From Terriglobia bacterium (GTDB taxonomy: Bacteria > Acidobacteriota > Terriglobia > Bryobacterales > Bryobacteraceae), in assembly GCA_963797245.1 (NCBI GenBank), contig CAWCPE010000016.1, positions 69,912-133,911 of the forward strand: 64,000 nucleotides of DNA, in the 5' to 3' direction. The notes beneath the pieces were generated by a model, which made no database searches, was not told the origin of the DNA, and saw only the letters and a program-made list of their open reading frames with translations. The position numbers were made by a program, and so were the translations under genes. Below, one piece after another: positions 39,049 to 47,925 of the stretch; the first letter of the stretch is position 1; each line of letters opens with the position of its first letter.

Positions 39049-41829
39049 ATGAAGAAACGTGTTTCGACGGTCCTTACGTGTCTTTTGTTCTGCCTTTCCC
39101 CGACTGTTCTGCGCGCCCAGGCCAATTCCGGAACTCTTCGCGGCTCGGTACTCGATCCCTCCGGTGCGGCGATTGTGGGAGCTTCGGTGGAGATCCAGAA
39201 TCCGGTTTCGCATTATGACCGGACGGCTCAGACTGACTCGCAGGGGAAGTTCGAGTTCGATAACGTTCCCTTCAACAACTATCACGTCACCGCGACCGCC
39301 GCGGGATTTCAATCCGCCGAACAGGATACCGATGTGCGTTCTCCGATTCCCCTGGAGTTGAAGTTCGCTCTGAAGATAGGAACGGCCACCACTTCCGTGA
39401 CGGTCGAAACCGGCGCGGATCTGGTGGAAGCCGACTCCAGCACGCATACCGACATCGACCGCGGCCTGTTCGATAAGTTGCCGCTCGAAAGCCAGTCTTC
39501 CTCGCTCAGTTCGCTGGTGACTCTGGCGTCGCCGGGCATCGCCGCGGACTCGAACGGCCTGTTTCACGGGTTAGGCGATCACGCGTCCAACTCCTTCTCC
39601 CTCGATGGCCAGCCGATTACGGATCAGCAAAGCAAAGTATTCTCGAATCAGATCCCCATTGACGCAGTGCAGTCGATGGAAGTGATCGAGGGCGCGCCTC
39701 CCCCCGAATACGGCGACAAGACCAGCGTGATCATCAACGTCACCACGCGCTCCGGGCTGGGCATGACTCAGCCGCATGGCGATATCACGGCTTCTTACGG
39801 CTCGTTCGGGAGCACGAACGAGGGATTCGATCTGGGTTACGGTAACTCCCAATTCGGTAATTTCATCGCCGCCAACGGGCTCAATACCGGCCGATTTTTG
39901 GATGGGCCCGAATACCAGGTCTTCCATGATCATGGCAACGAAGAGAACGTGTTCGACCGCTTCGACTATAAGCCCACGCAGAACGATACGTTCAGCTTGA
40001 ATTTCAGCTTCACGCGTTCCTGGTTTCAGACTCCCAATTCATACGACGCGCAGGACGCGACTGCATGGTCCGGACCGGTTTGTATGAGTTATCTGTCGTA
40101 TTCGACGGCCTGCAACGGCTTGGGTCCCAATGGACAGGTGGTCGGCCCCACCGATCAACGTTCGAAGATCCGGACCTTCAACGTCGCGCCAACCTGGACG
40201 AAGCTGCTCAACGCACATACCGTTTGGACCTTCGGCGGTTTCGCTCGGCAGGACCAATACAACTACTATCCGAGCGCGGATCCTTTCTCCGACCTCATTC
40301 CAGATCTGCAGCTTCAGACCATTGGCCAGAATCGCCGGCTGACGGACCTGGGGCTTCGCACCAATGTTTCCTATATCAAGGGGGTCCACAATATCAAAGC
40401 TGGAATTACTTATTCGGATACGATCCTCACCGAAAACGATACTTTCGGAATCGTCGATCCGACCGCGAACGCGGTGTGTCTCTATGCGGACGGAAGTCCG
40501 GACCTGAATCCGAAGCTGACCAATCCGCTGAACTGCACGGGAACTCTTCAGCCGAATACGAATTTCAATCCCCTGCTGGCGTGCTACGATCTGAGCCGGA
40601 ACGGCACCCTGCCGGCATCCGACGGCTGTCCGGGTTCCACCAGCGGACAGTACACCTACAACGGCCGCGCCAACATCCGGGAACTGGCCTTCTACCTCCA
40701 GGACACCATCAATATCAAGAATTGGAGCTTCAACCTGGGATTCCGCTTCGATTATTACGACGGCATTGTCACGGCTAAACAAGGAGAACCGCGTCTCGGG
40801 ATTGCATACAATCTCAAACCATCCAACACGGTGTTTCGTGTCTCCTACGCCCGCACGCTCGAAACGCCGTTTAACGAGAACCTGGTTCTTTCCAGCTTGG
40901 GATGCAACGATCCGGTGATCAACGCGCTGTCGGCGGCCACCATCGCTCCTTGCGTTGGCACGGCGCCGCTCAGTCCCGGCTGGCGCAATGAATTCCATGC
41001 GGGGCTTCAGCAGGCCTTTGGAAAGTACTTCGTGCTGGACGGCGAATACATTTGGAAATACACGCACAAAGCCTACGATTTCAGCGTGTTGGGCGATTCA
41101 CCGATCACCTTTCCGATTGAGTGGGCGAGCTCGAAGATCCCCGGCTTCGCGGTTCGCGGCAGCATGCCCAACTTCCATGGTCTGTCGGCGTTCATCGTGA
41201 TGTCGCACGTGGCGGCGCGGTTCTTCGAGCCGCAGGTCAGCGGCATCGGCGCTACGCCGGTGGGTAGCGAAGTGTTCCGCATTGACCATGACGAGGCTTT
41301 CAACGCGACCACGCATCTTCAATATCAGATCGGGAAGCGCGGACCGTGGATCGGCTTCAACTGGCGCTATGATAGCGGCCTGGTGGCCGGTCCCGCGCCC
41401 TGCACGGGCGGCAACTGCGCCAACGGGCCGAACGGCGACGCGGACACCGTGGACGTCTCCGGCCTCACTCCCGATCAGCAATATGAAGCCGGACTCTACT
41501 GCGGCAGTGTACATGCGACGCCGACGACCCCGATCAGTCCCAGCGAGTTGTGTCCGGCCGCCATGTACGGTTCGACCCTGCTCAATCTCCCGGCGCCCGG
41601 GACGGAGAATGACGATCACAACCCGCCCCGCATCGCTTCGCGCAACCTGTTCGACCTCGCCGTCGGCCACGACAATCTGTTCCATGGCGACCGCTACAAG
41701 TGGAGCGCGCGCATCTCGGTGGTGAATCTGGCCAACACGGAAGCGCTGTACAATTTCCTGTCGACCTTCAGCGGAACGCATTATGTGACGCCGCGAACGG
41801 TGACGGGAACCATCGGCCTCCACTTCTAG
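39049..41829 (+). CDS. TonB-dependent outer-membrane receptor with N-terminal carboxypeptidase-regulatory-like domain
   Basis: Signal peptide. CarboxypepD_reg block GTLRGSVLDPSGAAIVGASVEIQNPVSHYDRTAQTDSQGKFEFDNVP. Plug region. 926 aa ending in a terminal aromatic (TGTIGLHF). Confidence 0.85.
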   Translation: MKKRVSTVLTCLLFCLSPTVLRAQANSGTLRGSVLDPSGAAIVGASVEIQNPVSHYDRTAQTDSQGKFEFDNVPFNNYHVTATAAGFQSAEQDTDVRSPIPLELKFALKIGTATTSVTVETGADLVEADSSTHTDIDRGLFDKLPLESQSSSLSSLVTLASPGIAADSNGLFHGLGDHASNSFSLDGQPITDQQSKVFSNQIPIDAVQSMEVIEGAPPPEYGDKTSVIINVTTRSGLGMTQPHGDITASYGSFGSTNEGFDLGYGNSQFGNFIAANGLNTGRFLDGPEYQVFHDHGNEENVFDRFDYKPTQNDTFSLNFSFTRSWFQTPNSYDAQDATAWSGPVCMSYLSYSTACNGLGPNGQVVGPTDQRSKIRTFNVAPTWTKLLNAHTVWTFGGFARQDQYNYYPSADPFSDLIPDLQLQTIGQNRRLTDLGLRTNVSYIKGVHNIKAGITYSDTILTENDTFGIVDPTANAVCLYADGSPDLNPKLTNPLNCTGTLQPNTNFNPLLACYDLSRNGTLPASDGCPGSTSGQYTYNGRANIRELAFYLQDTINIKNWSFNLGFRFDYYDGIVTAKQGEPRLGIAYNLKPSNTVFRVSYARTLETPFNENLVLSSLGCNDPVINALSAATIAPCVGTAPLSPGWRNEFHAGLQQAFGKYFVLDGEYIWKYTHKAYDFSVLGDSPITFPIEWASSKIPGFAVRGSMPNFHGLSAFIVMSHVAARFFEPQVSGIGATPVGSEVFRIDHDEAFNATTHLQYQIGKRGPWIGFNWRYDSGLVAGPAPCTGGNCANGPNGDADTVDVSGLTPDQQYEAGLYCGSVHATPTTPISPSELCPAAMYGSTLLNLPAPGTENDDHNPPRIASRNLFDLAVGHDNLFHGDRYKWSARISVVNLANTEALYNFLSTFSGTHYVTPRTVTGTIGLHF

Positions 41830-41861
41830 AGTGTCCCGAGAATAATTCTCAAACCGACTGA

Positions 41862-41952
41862 GGACGGCGGACTTCAGTCCGGGCGGGGCTTCAGCCCCGC
41901 ATCTGCATGAGTTGCGAAGCTGAAGCTTCGCGCGGGATGAATCCCGCCGTCC
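41862..41952. repeat. Multi-hairpin palindromic repeat, family C copy 2
   Basis: Same ends as 34310-34397 (GGACGGCGGA...CCCGCCGTCC) and the same four-hairpin layout. Confidence 0.8.
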
Positions 41953-41976
41953 AAACAACCCGAAGTCCGGGACACT

Positions 41977-42089
41977 AGGAGCTTGTTGAAAAAGGGGACA
42001 GACCGCTCTGTCCACGCCGGAGGCTGCCTTTGCAATTAGAGGTTTGCGATGGGGGACAGAGTAGTCTGTCCCCTTTTCAACAAGCTCCT
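41977..42089. repeat. Structured palindromic repeat, family B copy 2
   Basis: Near-identical to 14601-14714. Lies directly adjacent to family C copy 2 in a convergent intergenic region. Confidence 0.85.
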
Positions 42090-42206
42090 CTAGAGAAGCG
42101 TTGCCTGGAAAAATCAACGGCCGGGTCCGCCGCATGGAAGGTAACTGCGGCGGCCGCCGGCCGTTGGTGCCACTCGTAAACTCGCCTGCGCGAGCGAGGG
42201 CAAGCG

Positions 42207-43775
42207 TTAGATCGCGATGAACAGGGTCGTTCCGCCGCGATTCACAAGCAGGAGTACTGGATTGCTCTTAGTGGCATTGCTCATGGCCTGCTTGAATTCG
42301 GTCATGTTCGTGACTGCTTTGTGATTCACCTGTTGAATCACGTCGCCGCGCTGGAGGCCTGCATCGGCGGCCTTGCTGTCCGGGCTGACGCTTTCGACAA
42401 TCACGCCCTTGGTGCTGGGGGCGAGCTGCAACTGCTGCGCGACGTCCGCGGTCAGGTTGTCCACCTGGACGCCGTCGAGGCCGGCATTCATCTCCTCGCC
42501 GTTGTTGCCGTTGTTGTTCAATGACGCCTGCTCTTCATTGGGGAAATCGCCGAGGGTCACTGCCATTTCCTGAGTGCTCCCGTTGCGGAGAACTTTCATG
42601 TTCACGCGCGTACCCGGGTCCAGCGTGCCGACTGCCAGGCGCAGCTCATTCGCATCGCTAACGGCGGTGCCGTTGACCGCGAGAATAATGTCGCCTTTCT
42701 GCAGGCCCGCTTTCGAAGCCGGGCTGTTGGCGGTGACGTCGCCCACCAGCGCGCCGGTGGTTTCATGCACGCCCAGAGCCTTCGCCATGGACGGCGTCAC
42801 ATCCTGCGGAAGGATGCCGAGGTAGCCGCGCTCGACTTTGCCGTGCGCCAGGATCGAATCGAGGTCATGCCGGGCCAGGTTGATCGGAATCGCAAAACCG
42901 ATGCCCTGGTTGCCGCCGCTGTTGCCGGCCAAAATCGCCGTGTTGATTCCAATGAGGTGGCCGTCTTCATCCACTAGCGCTCCCCCGGAGTTGCCGGGAT
43001 TGATGGGCGCGTCGGTCTGGATGAAATCTTCCACCTGCTCGATGGCGCCGTTCAGGCTGCGGCCGGTGGCGCTGACGATTCCGGCGGTCACGGTCTGGCC
43101 GACGCCGAACGGATCGCCAATAGCGAGGACGATGTCGCCGACTTCAACCTTGCTTGAATCGGCCAGCGTCAGCGACGGGAAATTGGAGCCGTCGATCTTC
43201 AGAACCGCGATATCGGTGCGCGGGTCGGTGCCGATCACACGGGCCTTGAACTCGCGCTTATCGGAAAGCGTAACGGTGACTTCGGTCGCGTGGTCCACCA
43301 CGTGGTTGTTGGTGAGAATGTAGCCTTCCGGACTGATGATCACGCCCGAACCAAGGGCCTTTTCACGCCGCTCCTTCGGGATGTTCATTCCCGGCATGTT
43401 GTTGCCGAAAAACTGCCGGAACAGCGGATCCAGGCCTTGCATGCCCTGGTCGTTGCCGAACGGCATCTGCTGCTGCTCGTGCTGGCCGCGCTGGCCATGG
43501 CCACGCATGCTGGTGGATTCATCGCCGCCGACCATGCGGGTCGAGGAAATGTTGACCACCGCGGGAACCACCTTTTTGACGATGCCCGAATAGCCGCGCC
43601 GGGCTGCTTCGGGGGACCGCGGTGCGGTCTTGATGGTTGCGGGCGGGTTCTCGGAATGGGTTGTTGCCGCTTTCACGCCGAGAAAGCCGGTTGTTGCTAA
43701 AAGCGCTCCAACGACGACCGCGGCGCCTGGTTTCAAGCGGCGGTTCTGAAGAAAATTGTGCATGACTGTTGCCAC
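42207..43775 (-). CDS. HtrA/DegP-family periplasmic serine protease with two PDZ domains
   Basis: Catalytic blocks TNNHVV, DIAVLK and GNSGGALV, followed by two PDZ-like regions (GYLGILPQDVTP... and GVIVESVSPDSKAADAGLQRGDVI). Confidence 0.9.
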   Translation of the reverse strand: MATVMHNFLQNRRLKPGAAVVVGALLATTGFLGVKAATTHSENPPATIKTAPRSPEAARRGYSGIVKKVVPAVVNISSTRMVGGDESTSMRGHGQRGQHEQQQMPFGNDQGMQGLDPLFRQFFGNNMPGMNIPKERREKALGSGVIISPEGYILTNNHVVDHATEVTVTLSDKREFKARVIGTDPRTDIAVLKIDGSNFPSLTLADSSKVEVGDIVLAIGDPFGVGQTVTAGIVSATGRSLNGAIEQVEDFIQTDAPINPGNSGGALVDEDGHLIGINTAILAGNSGGNQGIGFAIPINLARHDLDSILAHGKVERGYLGILPQDVTPSMAKALGVHETTGALVGDVTANSPASKAGLQKGDIILAVNGTAVSDANELRLAVGTLDPGTRVNMKVLRNGSTQEMAVTLGDFPNEEQASLNNNGNNGEEMNAGLDGVQVDNLTADVAQQLQLAPSTKGVIVESVSPDSKAADAGLQRGDVIQQVNHKAVTNMTEFKQAMSNATKSNPVLLLVNRGGTTLFIAI

Positions 43776-43923
43776 CTCGATTTCTAGCTTAGGGTCCGGC
43801 AGGGCGATTGCACATCAGGCCAGTTTGGTAAATCGGGATACGGGTTCGGGGGGGTGGGGATCCCGGAAACAAGGGATGGCTGCGAAAACGTGACGAAGCG
43901 GGCTTAAGAACGTCTAATAGCGC

Positions 43924-44466
43924 CTACGCGTCGAGGTCGAAGGCTGAAATGAGCGGGATTTCGATGTCGGGATTAGAGGTGAGGAGGACGTCGCACGGGG
44001 CGCCGGCTGGGTTCGTTTGGGAAAAAGTCAGGGCGGATTTATCTTCCAGGTCGATCACCCACACCCATTCAACGCCAAACGCAAGATACTCCTGAATCTT
44101 CGGTACGACCCGCGTCATTCGATCTTCCGGCGAGAGGATCTCGATAGCCAGAAAGGGAGGGACAGTGGGCACACGGCCCCCGGTGTTATCATCGCGCCAC
44201 ACCGCAATGTCCGGTACGCGAAAGCGGCGAGGATTGAGCTGGATTCGAATCTCCGGCATCACGCGGATACCTAAGCGGGGCCGAAGCCCGCGCAACAGAA
44301 AGATCAGCGTTCCTTGTACGTCGGCGTGCGGGCCTTCTCCCATGTTTCTCTCCACCACCTCCCCATCGAGGTATTCGCAATCCGGACCCTCAAAGCTGGT
44401 GTGGAGATATTCGTCGACGTCCATCATGACTTTGGCGCTCATCGGCAACCCCATTATGACGCACAA
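43924..44466 (-). CDS. Uma2-family (DUF820) putative endonuclease
   Basis: EYLDGEVVERNMGEGPHADVQGTLIFLL...RVPDIAVW...PFLAIEILSPED is the characteristic Uma2/PD-(D/E)xK-like pattern. Confidence 0.7.
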   Translation of the reverse strand: MCVIMGLPMSAKVMMDVDEYLHTSFEGPDCEYLDGEVVERNMGEGPHADVQGTLIFLLRGLRPRLGIRVMPEIRIQLNPRRFRVPDIAVWRDDNTGGRVPTVPPFLAIEILSPEDRMTRVVPKIQEYLAFGVEWVWVIDLEDKSALTFSQTNPAGAPCDVLLTSNPDIEIPLISAFDLDA

Positions 44467-44533
44467 TCATATTTAAGGATGTCGCCCGACTTTTCCGCGA
44501 CCATGCGGCGTCTTTACGAACGGAGCCGACAGT

Positions 44534-45082
44534 TTGATCTTCCGCGAAGTTGAAGATCGCGACCTGATCCTCAAAGCGAGGCGCGGCGACGTGGAGGCCT
44601 ATAACCTTCTCGTATCGCGATGGGAGAGGCGTGTTTTCAATTACTTACTGCGGCTGGTCGGCCAGCGTGAAGATGCCATGGACGTGAGCCAGGAAGTGTT
44701 TTTGAAAGCGTATCAAAATCTGCCCAAGCTCGATGACGCGGGAAAGTTTTCCTCCTGGCTGTTCCGAATCGCGCATAATGAAGCGTTTTCGCTGCTGCGG
44801 CGGCGGCGGCCGGAAGGTGAGATCACGCATGAGCCGCGGAGTTCGGATGGGGCGGGGCGATTACTCCCGATCGAATTGTCGCTGGCGGTGGAAAGCGCGC
44901 TCGAGCGGCTTTCAAGCGATCAGCGCGAGGCGGTTCTGTTGAAGGTTTATCAGGGATTCAAATTCGACGAAATGGCGGAGATTCTGGATTGCCCGGTTTC
45001 GACCGTCAAATCGCGGTTGTACACGGCGCTGGAGCTGTTGAAAACATCGCTATCTCCGGCACTATTAAGGGGGGAATCGTGA
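44534..45082 (+). CDS. ECF-type RNA polymerase sigma factor
   Basis: TTG start. Region 2 DVSQEVFLKAYQNLPKL...WLFRIAHNEAFSLLRRR and region 4 FKFDEMAEILDCPVSTVKSRLYTAL. Confidence 0.85.
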   Translation: MIFREVEDRDLILKARRGDVEAYNLLVSRWERRVFNYLLRLVGQREDAMDVSQEVFLKAYQNLPKLDDAGKFSSWLFRIAHNEAFSLLRRRRPEGEITHEPRSSDGAGRLLPIELSLAVESALERLSSDQREAVLLKVYQGFKFDEMAEILDCPVSTVKSRLYTALELLKTSLSPALLRGES

Positions 45083-45537
45083 GCTGCACGAATTTTGACT
45101 GGAAAGCTTACGCGCTCGGCGAACTGGACCCGGCGGGCCGGGATCAGGCGGAGGCGCACGCCAATAGCTGCGCGAATTGCCGTGAGGAACTGGCCGGATT
45201 GCGGCTCACGCTGGATGCGCTGTCGACGCTGCGCGAAGAGGAAGTTCCGCGGAGGATCGCATTCGTCTCGGATAAGGTTTTCGAGCCGCGCTGGTGGCAG
45301 AAAATCTGGAATCCGTCGTTTGCGGCTGGCTGCGTGATCGCGGTGGCGATTCTGGTGCACGCTTTCATGCAACCCGCTTCGATGGATCAAAAAATTCAGT
45401 CGGCGGTGACGAGAGCCGTCGCCGAAACCGAGCAGCGGCACGTTCAGGAACTGGAAAACGTAATGGCCGACCGCGAAATTCTGCGGAAGGAAAACAACCG
45501 GATGTACATGCAAAATACAGGACTCTCACGGCAATGA
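45079..45537 (+). CDS. Membrane anti-sigma factor (zf-HC2)
   Basis: GTG at 45079 overlaps the sigma stop (GTGA). HANSCANC zinc-finger motif and a single TM segment (FAAGCVIAVAILVHAF). Confidence 0.7.
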   Translation: MSCTNFDWKAYALGELDPAGRDQAEAHANSCANCREELAGLRLTLDALSTLREEEVPRRIAFVSDKVFEPRWWQKIWNPSFAAGCVIAVAILVHAFMQPASMDQKIQSAVTRAVAETEQRHVQELENVMADREILRKENNRMYMQNTGLSRQ

Positions 45538-46076
45538 AAAAAATATTCGTACCTTCGCTTCTCCTTGTGGCGGTTTTAGCTCTGACCGCTGCCACTTCCG
45601 GGCCGCGCGTGAGCCGGGGGACCCTGGCGAGCATGGAAAAGAGTCTCGATGAGCGCATCCAGAGCTTGTGGAACGATACTCCGTATCTGCTGCTGGGCAC
45701 CACGCGCGGCGTTTATCTGGAGGGCTACGGAGCGGTGTTCACGGCGGAAGTGAACCTGGTGATGAACCCGGTGGGGCTGATGAACACGCGGATCACTAAG
45801 GAAGAAATCGCGAAAGTGCGGCAAAAGAAGCTCGACCGGATTCCGGTGCTGAAGAAGACGCTGCGGGATTCGATGGGCGCCATGGCATCGTCGCTCGACA
45901 CGGTGCCGGGTGACGAACAGATCGCCATCGTGGCGTTTATCGACCACTATCCGTGGGAGGACGTCACCGGCGTTCCGGTGCAAATCACGCTGACGGCGCA
46001 GAAAAAGAAGCTGGTGGAGGCGCAGCGCGCCGGCGGCGCGGGATTAGACGCTGCCATTCACGTGACGGAAAATTAA
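45534..46076 (+). CDS. Secreted hypothetical protein co-transcribed with the sigma/anti-sigma pair
   Basis: ATG at 45534 overlaps the anti-sigma stop (ATGA). Signal peptide MKKIFVPSLLLVAVLALTAA. No family recognised. Confidence 0.6.
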   Translation: MKKIFVPSLLLVAVLALTAATSGPRVSRGTLASMEKSLDERIQSLWNDTPYLLLGTTRGVYLEGYGAVFTAEVNLVMNPVGLMNTRITKEEIAKVRQKKLDRIPVLKKTLRDSMGAMASSLDTVPGDEQIAIVAFIDHYPWEDVTGVPVQITLTAQKKKLVEAQRAGGAGLDAAIHVTEN

Positions 46077-46090
46077 GGATGGCGGCGTCG

Positions 46091-46175
46091 TTTAACCGCT
46101 CCCTTTGGTCGCGGCTCGGGTCGGCTGTTGTGAGATTCGCGCGCAACGAGCCGCGACCAAAGGGAGCGGTTTAAA
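46091..46175. repeat. Long near-perfect hairpin (family D-related) upstream of gspE
   Basis: Arms TTTAACCGCTCCCTTTGGTCGCGGCTCG (46091-46118) and CGAGCCGCGACCAAAGGGAGCGGTTTAAA (46147-46175). Shares the CGCTCCCT..GGTCGCGG core with 49579-49603. Confidence 0.75.
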
Positions 46176-46196
46176 GATGTCGTTCCACTCATTCTG

Positions 46197-47834
46197 ATGC
46201 GCCTGGGCGAGATCCTCATCGAGCGGCACCTGCTGACGCAGGAGGATGTGGATCGCGCGCTCGAATTGCAGCGCGAGCGCGGCGACAAAATCGGCAAAAT
46301 TCTGGTCGACATGGGATTCGTCGCCATGCGCGACGTGCTCTCGGCGCTCGGCCAGCAGCTGGAGGTTCCGGTGCTCGCGATCGATGGTCCGCCCGCGATC
46401 TCGCCTGAAACCGAATCGCTCTCGCCCAAATTCCTGCGCCAGTTCCGCTGCCTGCCGGTGGCGCTGCACGATCACACGGTGACGCTCGCCATGGCCGATC
46501 CGAACGATTTCGAGACCCGCGCGACCGTTTCCGCATGCACCGGTTTGACAGTCCGGCCGGGGATTGCGGTGGAGCAGGAAATCCTGGACGCGATCGACCG
46601 CTTCTACGGTCAGGCTGAGAAACCCGGCGACGAAATCGCCGTGGGCACCGGCGAAGCCGACGAGAATCTGGAACACCTTCGCGACATGGCGAGCGAAGCG
46701 CCGGTCATTCGCCTGGTGAACGCGATGATCGCGCAGGCGCTTGAACAGCGCGCGAGCGACATTCATATCGAGCCGTTTGAAAAAGAATTCCGCGTCCGGT
46801 ACCGGATCGACGGCGTGCTGGTCAGCCAGGATTCGCCGGCGCGCGAGCTGAAGGCCGCCATCATTTCCCGCGTGAAGCTGATGGCCAAGCTGAACATCGC
46901 CGAGCGCCGGCTGCCGCAGGACGGCCGCATCAAAATCAAAGTGCTCGGCCGCGAAGTGGATTTGCGCGTTTCGACGCTGCCCACTCTCTACGGCGAATCG
47001 GTGGTGATGCGCCTGCTCGACCGTTCGGCCGGCGATTTTTACGATCTCGAACGGCTGGGCTTCGACCCGTACATGCTGTCCCGCATGGAATATTACACGT
47101 CCCTGCCGCACGGAATTTTCATGGTGACCGGCCCCACCGGCAGCGGAAAATCGACCACGCTGTATTCCGCGCTCAAGCGCATCAATGGCGCCGACAAGAA
47201 AATCATCACGATCGAAGATCCGGTCGAATATCAGATGGACGGGATCAACCAGATTCACGTCAATCCGCAAATCGGGCTGACCTTCGCGGCCGGATTACGA
47301 CATATCGTAAGACAAGACCCGGATGTGATCATGGTCGGCGAAATTCGCGACCGGGAGACGGCCGATATCGCGATCCGCGCAGCATTGACCGGGCATTTCG
47401 TGTACTCGACGCTGCATACCAACGACGCGCCCAGCGCGATTTCGCGGCTGACCGACATGGGCGTCGAAAATTACCTGATCACATCATCCGTGGTGGGCGT
47501 TTTAGCCCAGCGGCTGGTGCGCGTGATCTGTAAACACTGCAAAGCTCCGGCGGGAACCGCGACGACGCCGGATGGCGAGCAGATCGGCGTGTTTCGCGGC
47601 GCGGGCTGCGAGGAATGTTTCGGCACAGGGTTTCGAGGGCGCATCGGAATTTTCGAATTGATGGATCTGAACGAGGACTTGCGCGCGTCCATCATGCGGA
47701 ATGAGGATGCGACCAAAATCACCGCGATCGCGCGGCGGCAGGGAATGAGAAACCTGCGCGAGGATGGCTGGCTGAAAATCGCGCGCGGGGTGACGACCAC
47801 GGAAGAAGTGATGCGGGTGACGCAGGAGTTTTGA
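46197..47834 (+). CDS. gspE: Type II secretion ATPase GspE
   Basis: N-terminal T2SSE_N-like domain (MRLGEILIERHLLTQEDVDRALELQ), Walker A GPTGSGKST, Asp/His boxes, and the tetracysteine CKHC...CEEC motif. Confidence 0.9.
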   Translation: MRLGEILIERHLLTQEDVDRALELQRERGDKIGKILVDMGFVAMRDVLSALGQQLEVPVLAIDGPPAISPETESLSPKFLRQFRCLPVALHDHTVTLAMADPNDFETRATVSACTGLTVRPGIAVEQEILDAIDRFYGQAEKPGDEIAVGTGEADENLEHLRDMASEAPVIRLVNAMIAQALEQRASDIHIEPFEKEFRVRYRIDGVLVSQDSPARELKAAIISRVKLMAKLNIAERRLPQDGRIKIKVLGREVDLRVSTLPTLYGESVVMRLLDRSAGDFYDLERLGFDPYMLSRMEYYTSLPHGIFMVTGPTGSGKSTTLYSALKRINGADKKIITIEDPVEYQMDGINQIHVNPQIGLTFAAGLRHIVRQDPDVIMVGEIRDRETADIAIRAALTGHFVYSTLHTNDAPSAISRLTDMGVENYLITSSVVGVLAQRLVRVICKHCKAPAGTATTPDGEQIGVFRGAGCEECFGTGFRGRIGIFELMDLNEDLRASIMRNEDATKITAIARRQGMRNLREDGWLKIARGVTTTEEVMRVTQEF

Positions 47835-47840
47835 GAATGG

Positions 47841-47912
47841 CCACAGATACACGCGGATTCACGCGGATAAGAAACCATATTTTTATCTGCGTGTATCAGC
47901 GTGTATCTGTGG
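47841..47912. repeat. Palindromic intergenic repeat, family E copy 2 (gspE-gspF junction)
   Basis: CCACAGATACACGCGGATTCACGCGGATAA / TTATCTGCGTGTATCAGCGTGTATCTGTGG is an imperfect 30-bp inverted repeat, related to 8086-8154. Confidence 0.75.
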
Positions 47913-47925
47913 CTAAGAATCTCTG

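Noticed and set aside
37974-41829. tRNA-Pro as an integration site for a genomic island (LytTR regulator and TonB receptor downstream)
   Set aside because: No integrase, excisionase or transposase, and no obvious duplicate of the tRNA 3' end downstream by eye (not exhaustively searched). The composition of the flanking genes looks native.
43924-44466. Uma2-family endonuclease as part of a defence or toxin-antitoxin system
   Set aside because: It is a single gene with no adjacent methylase, antitoxin, ATPase or other defence partner. Uma2 genes are commonly scattered singly.
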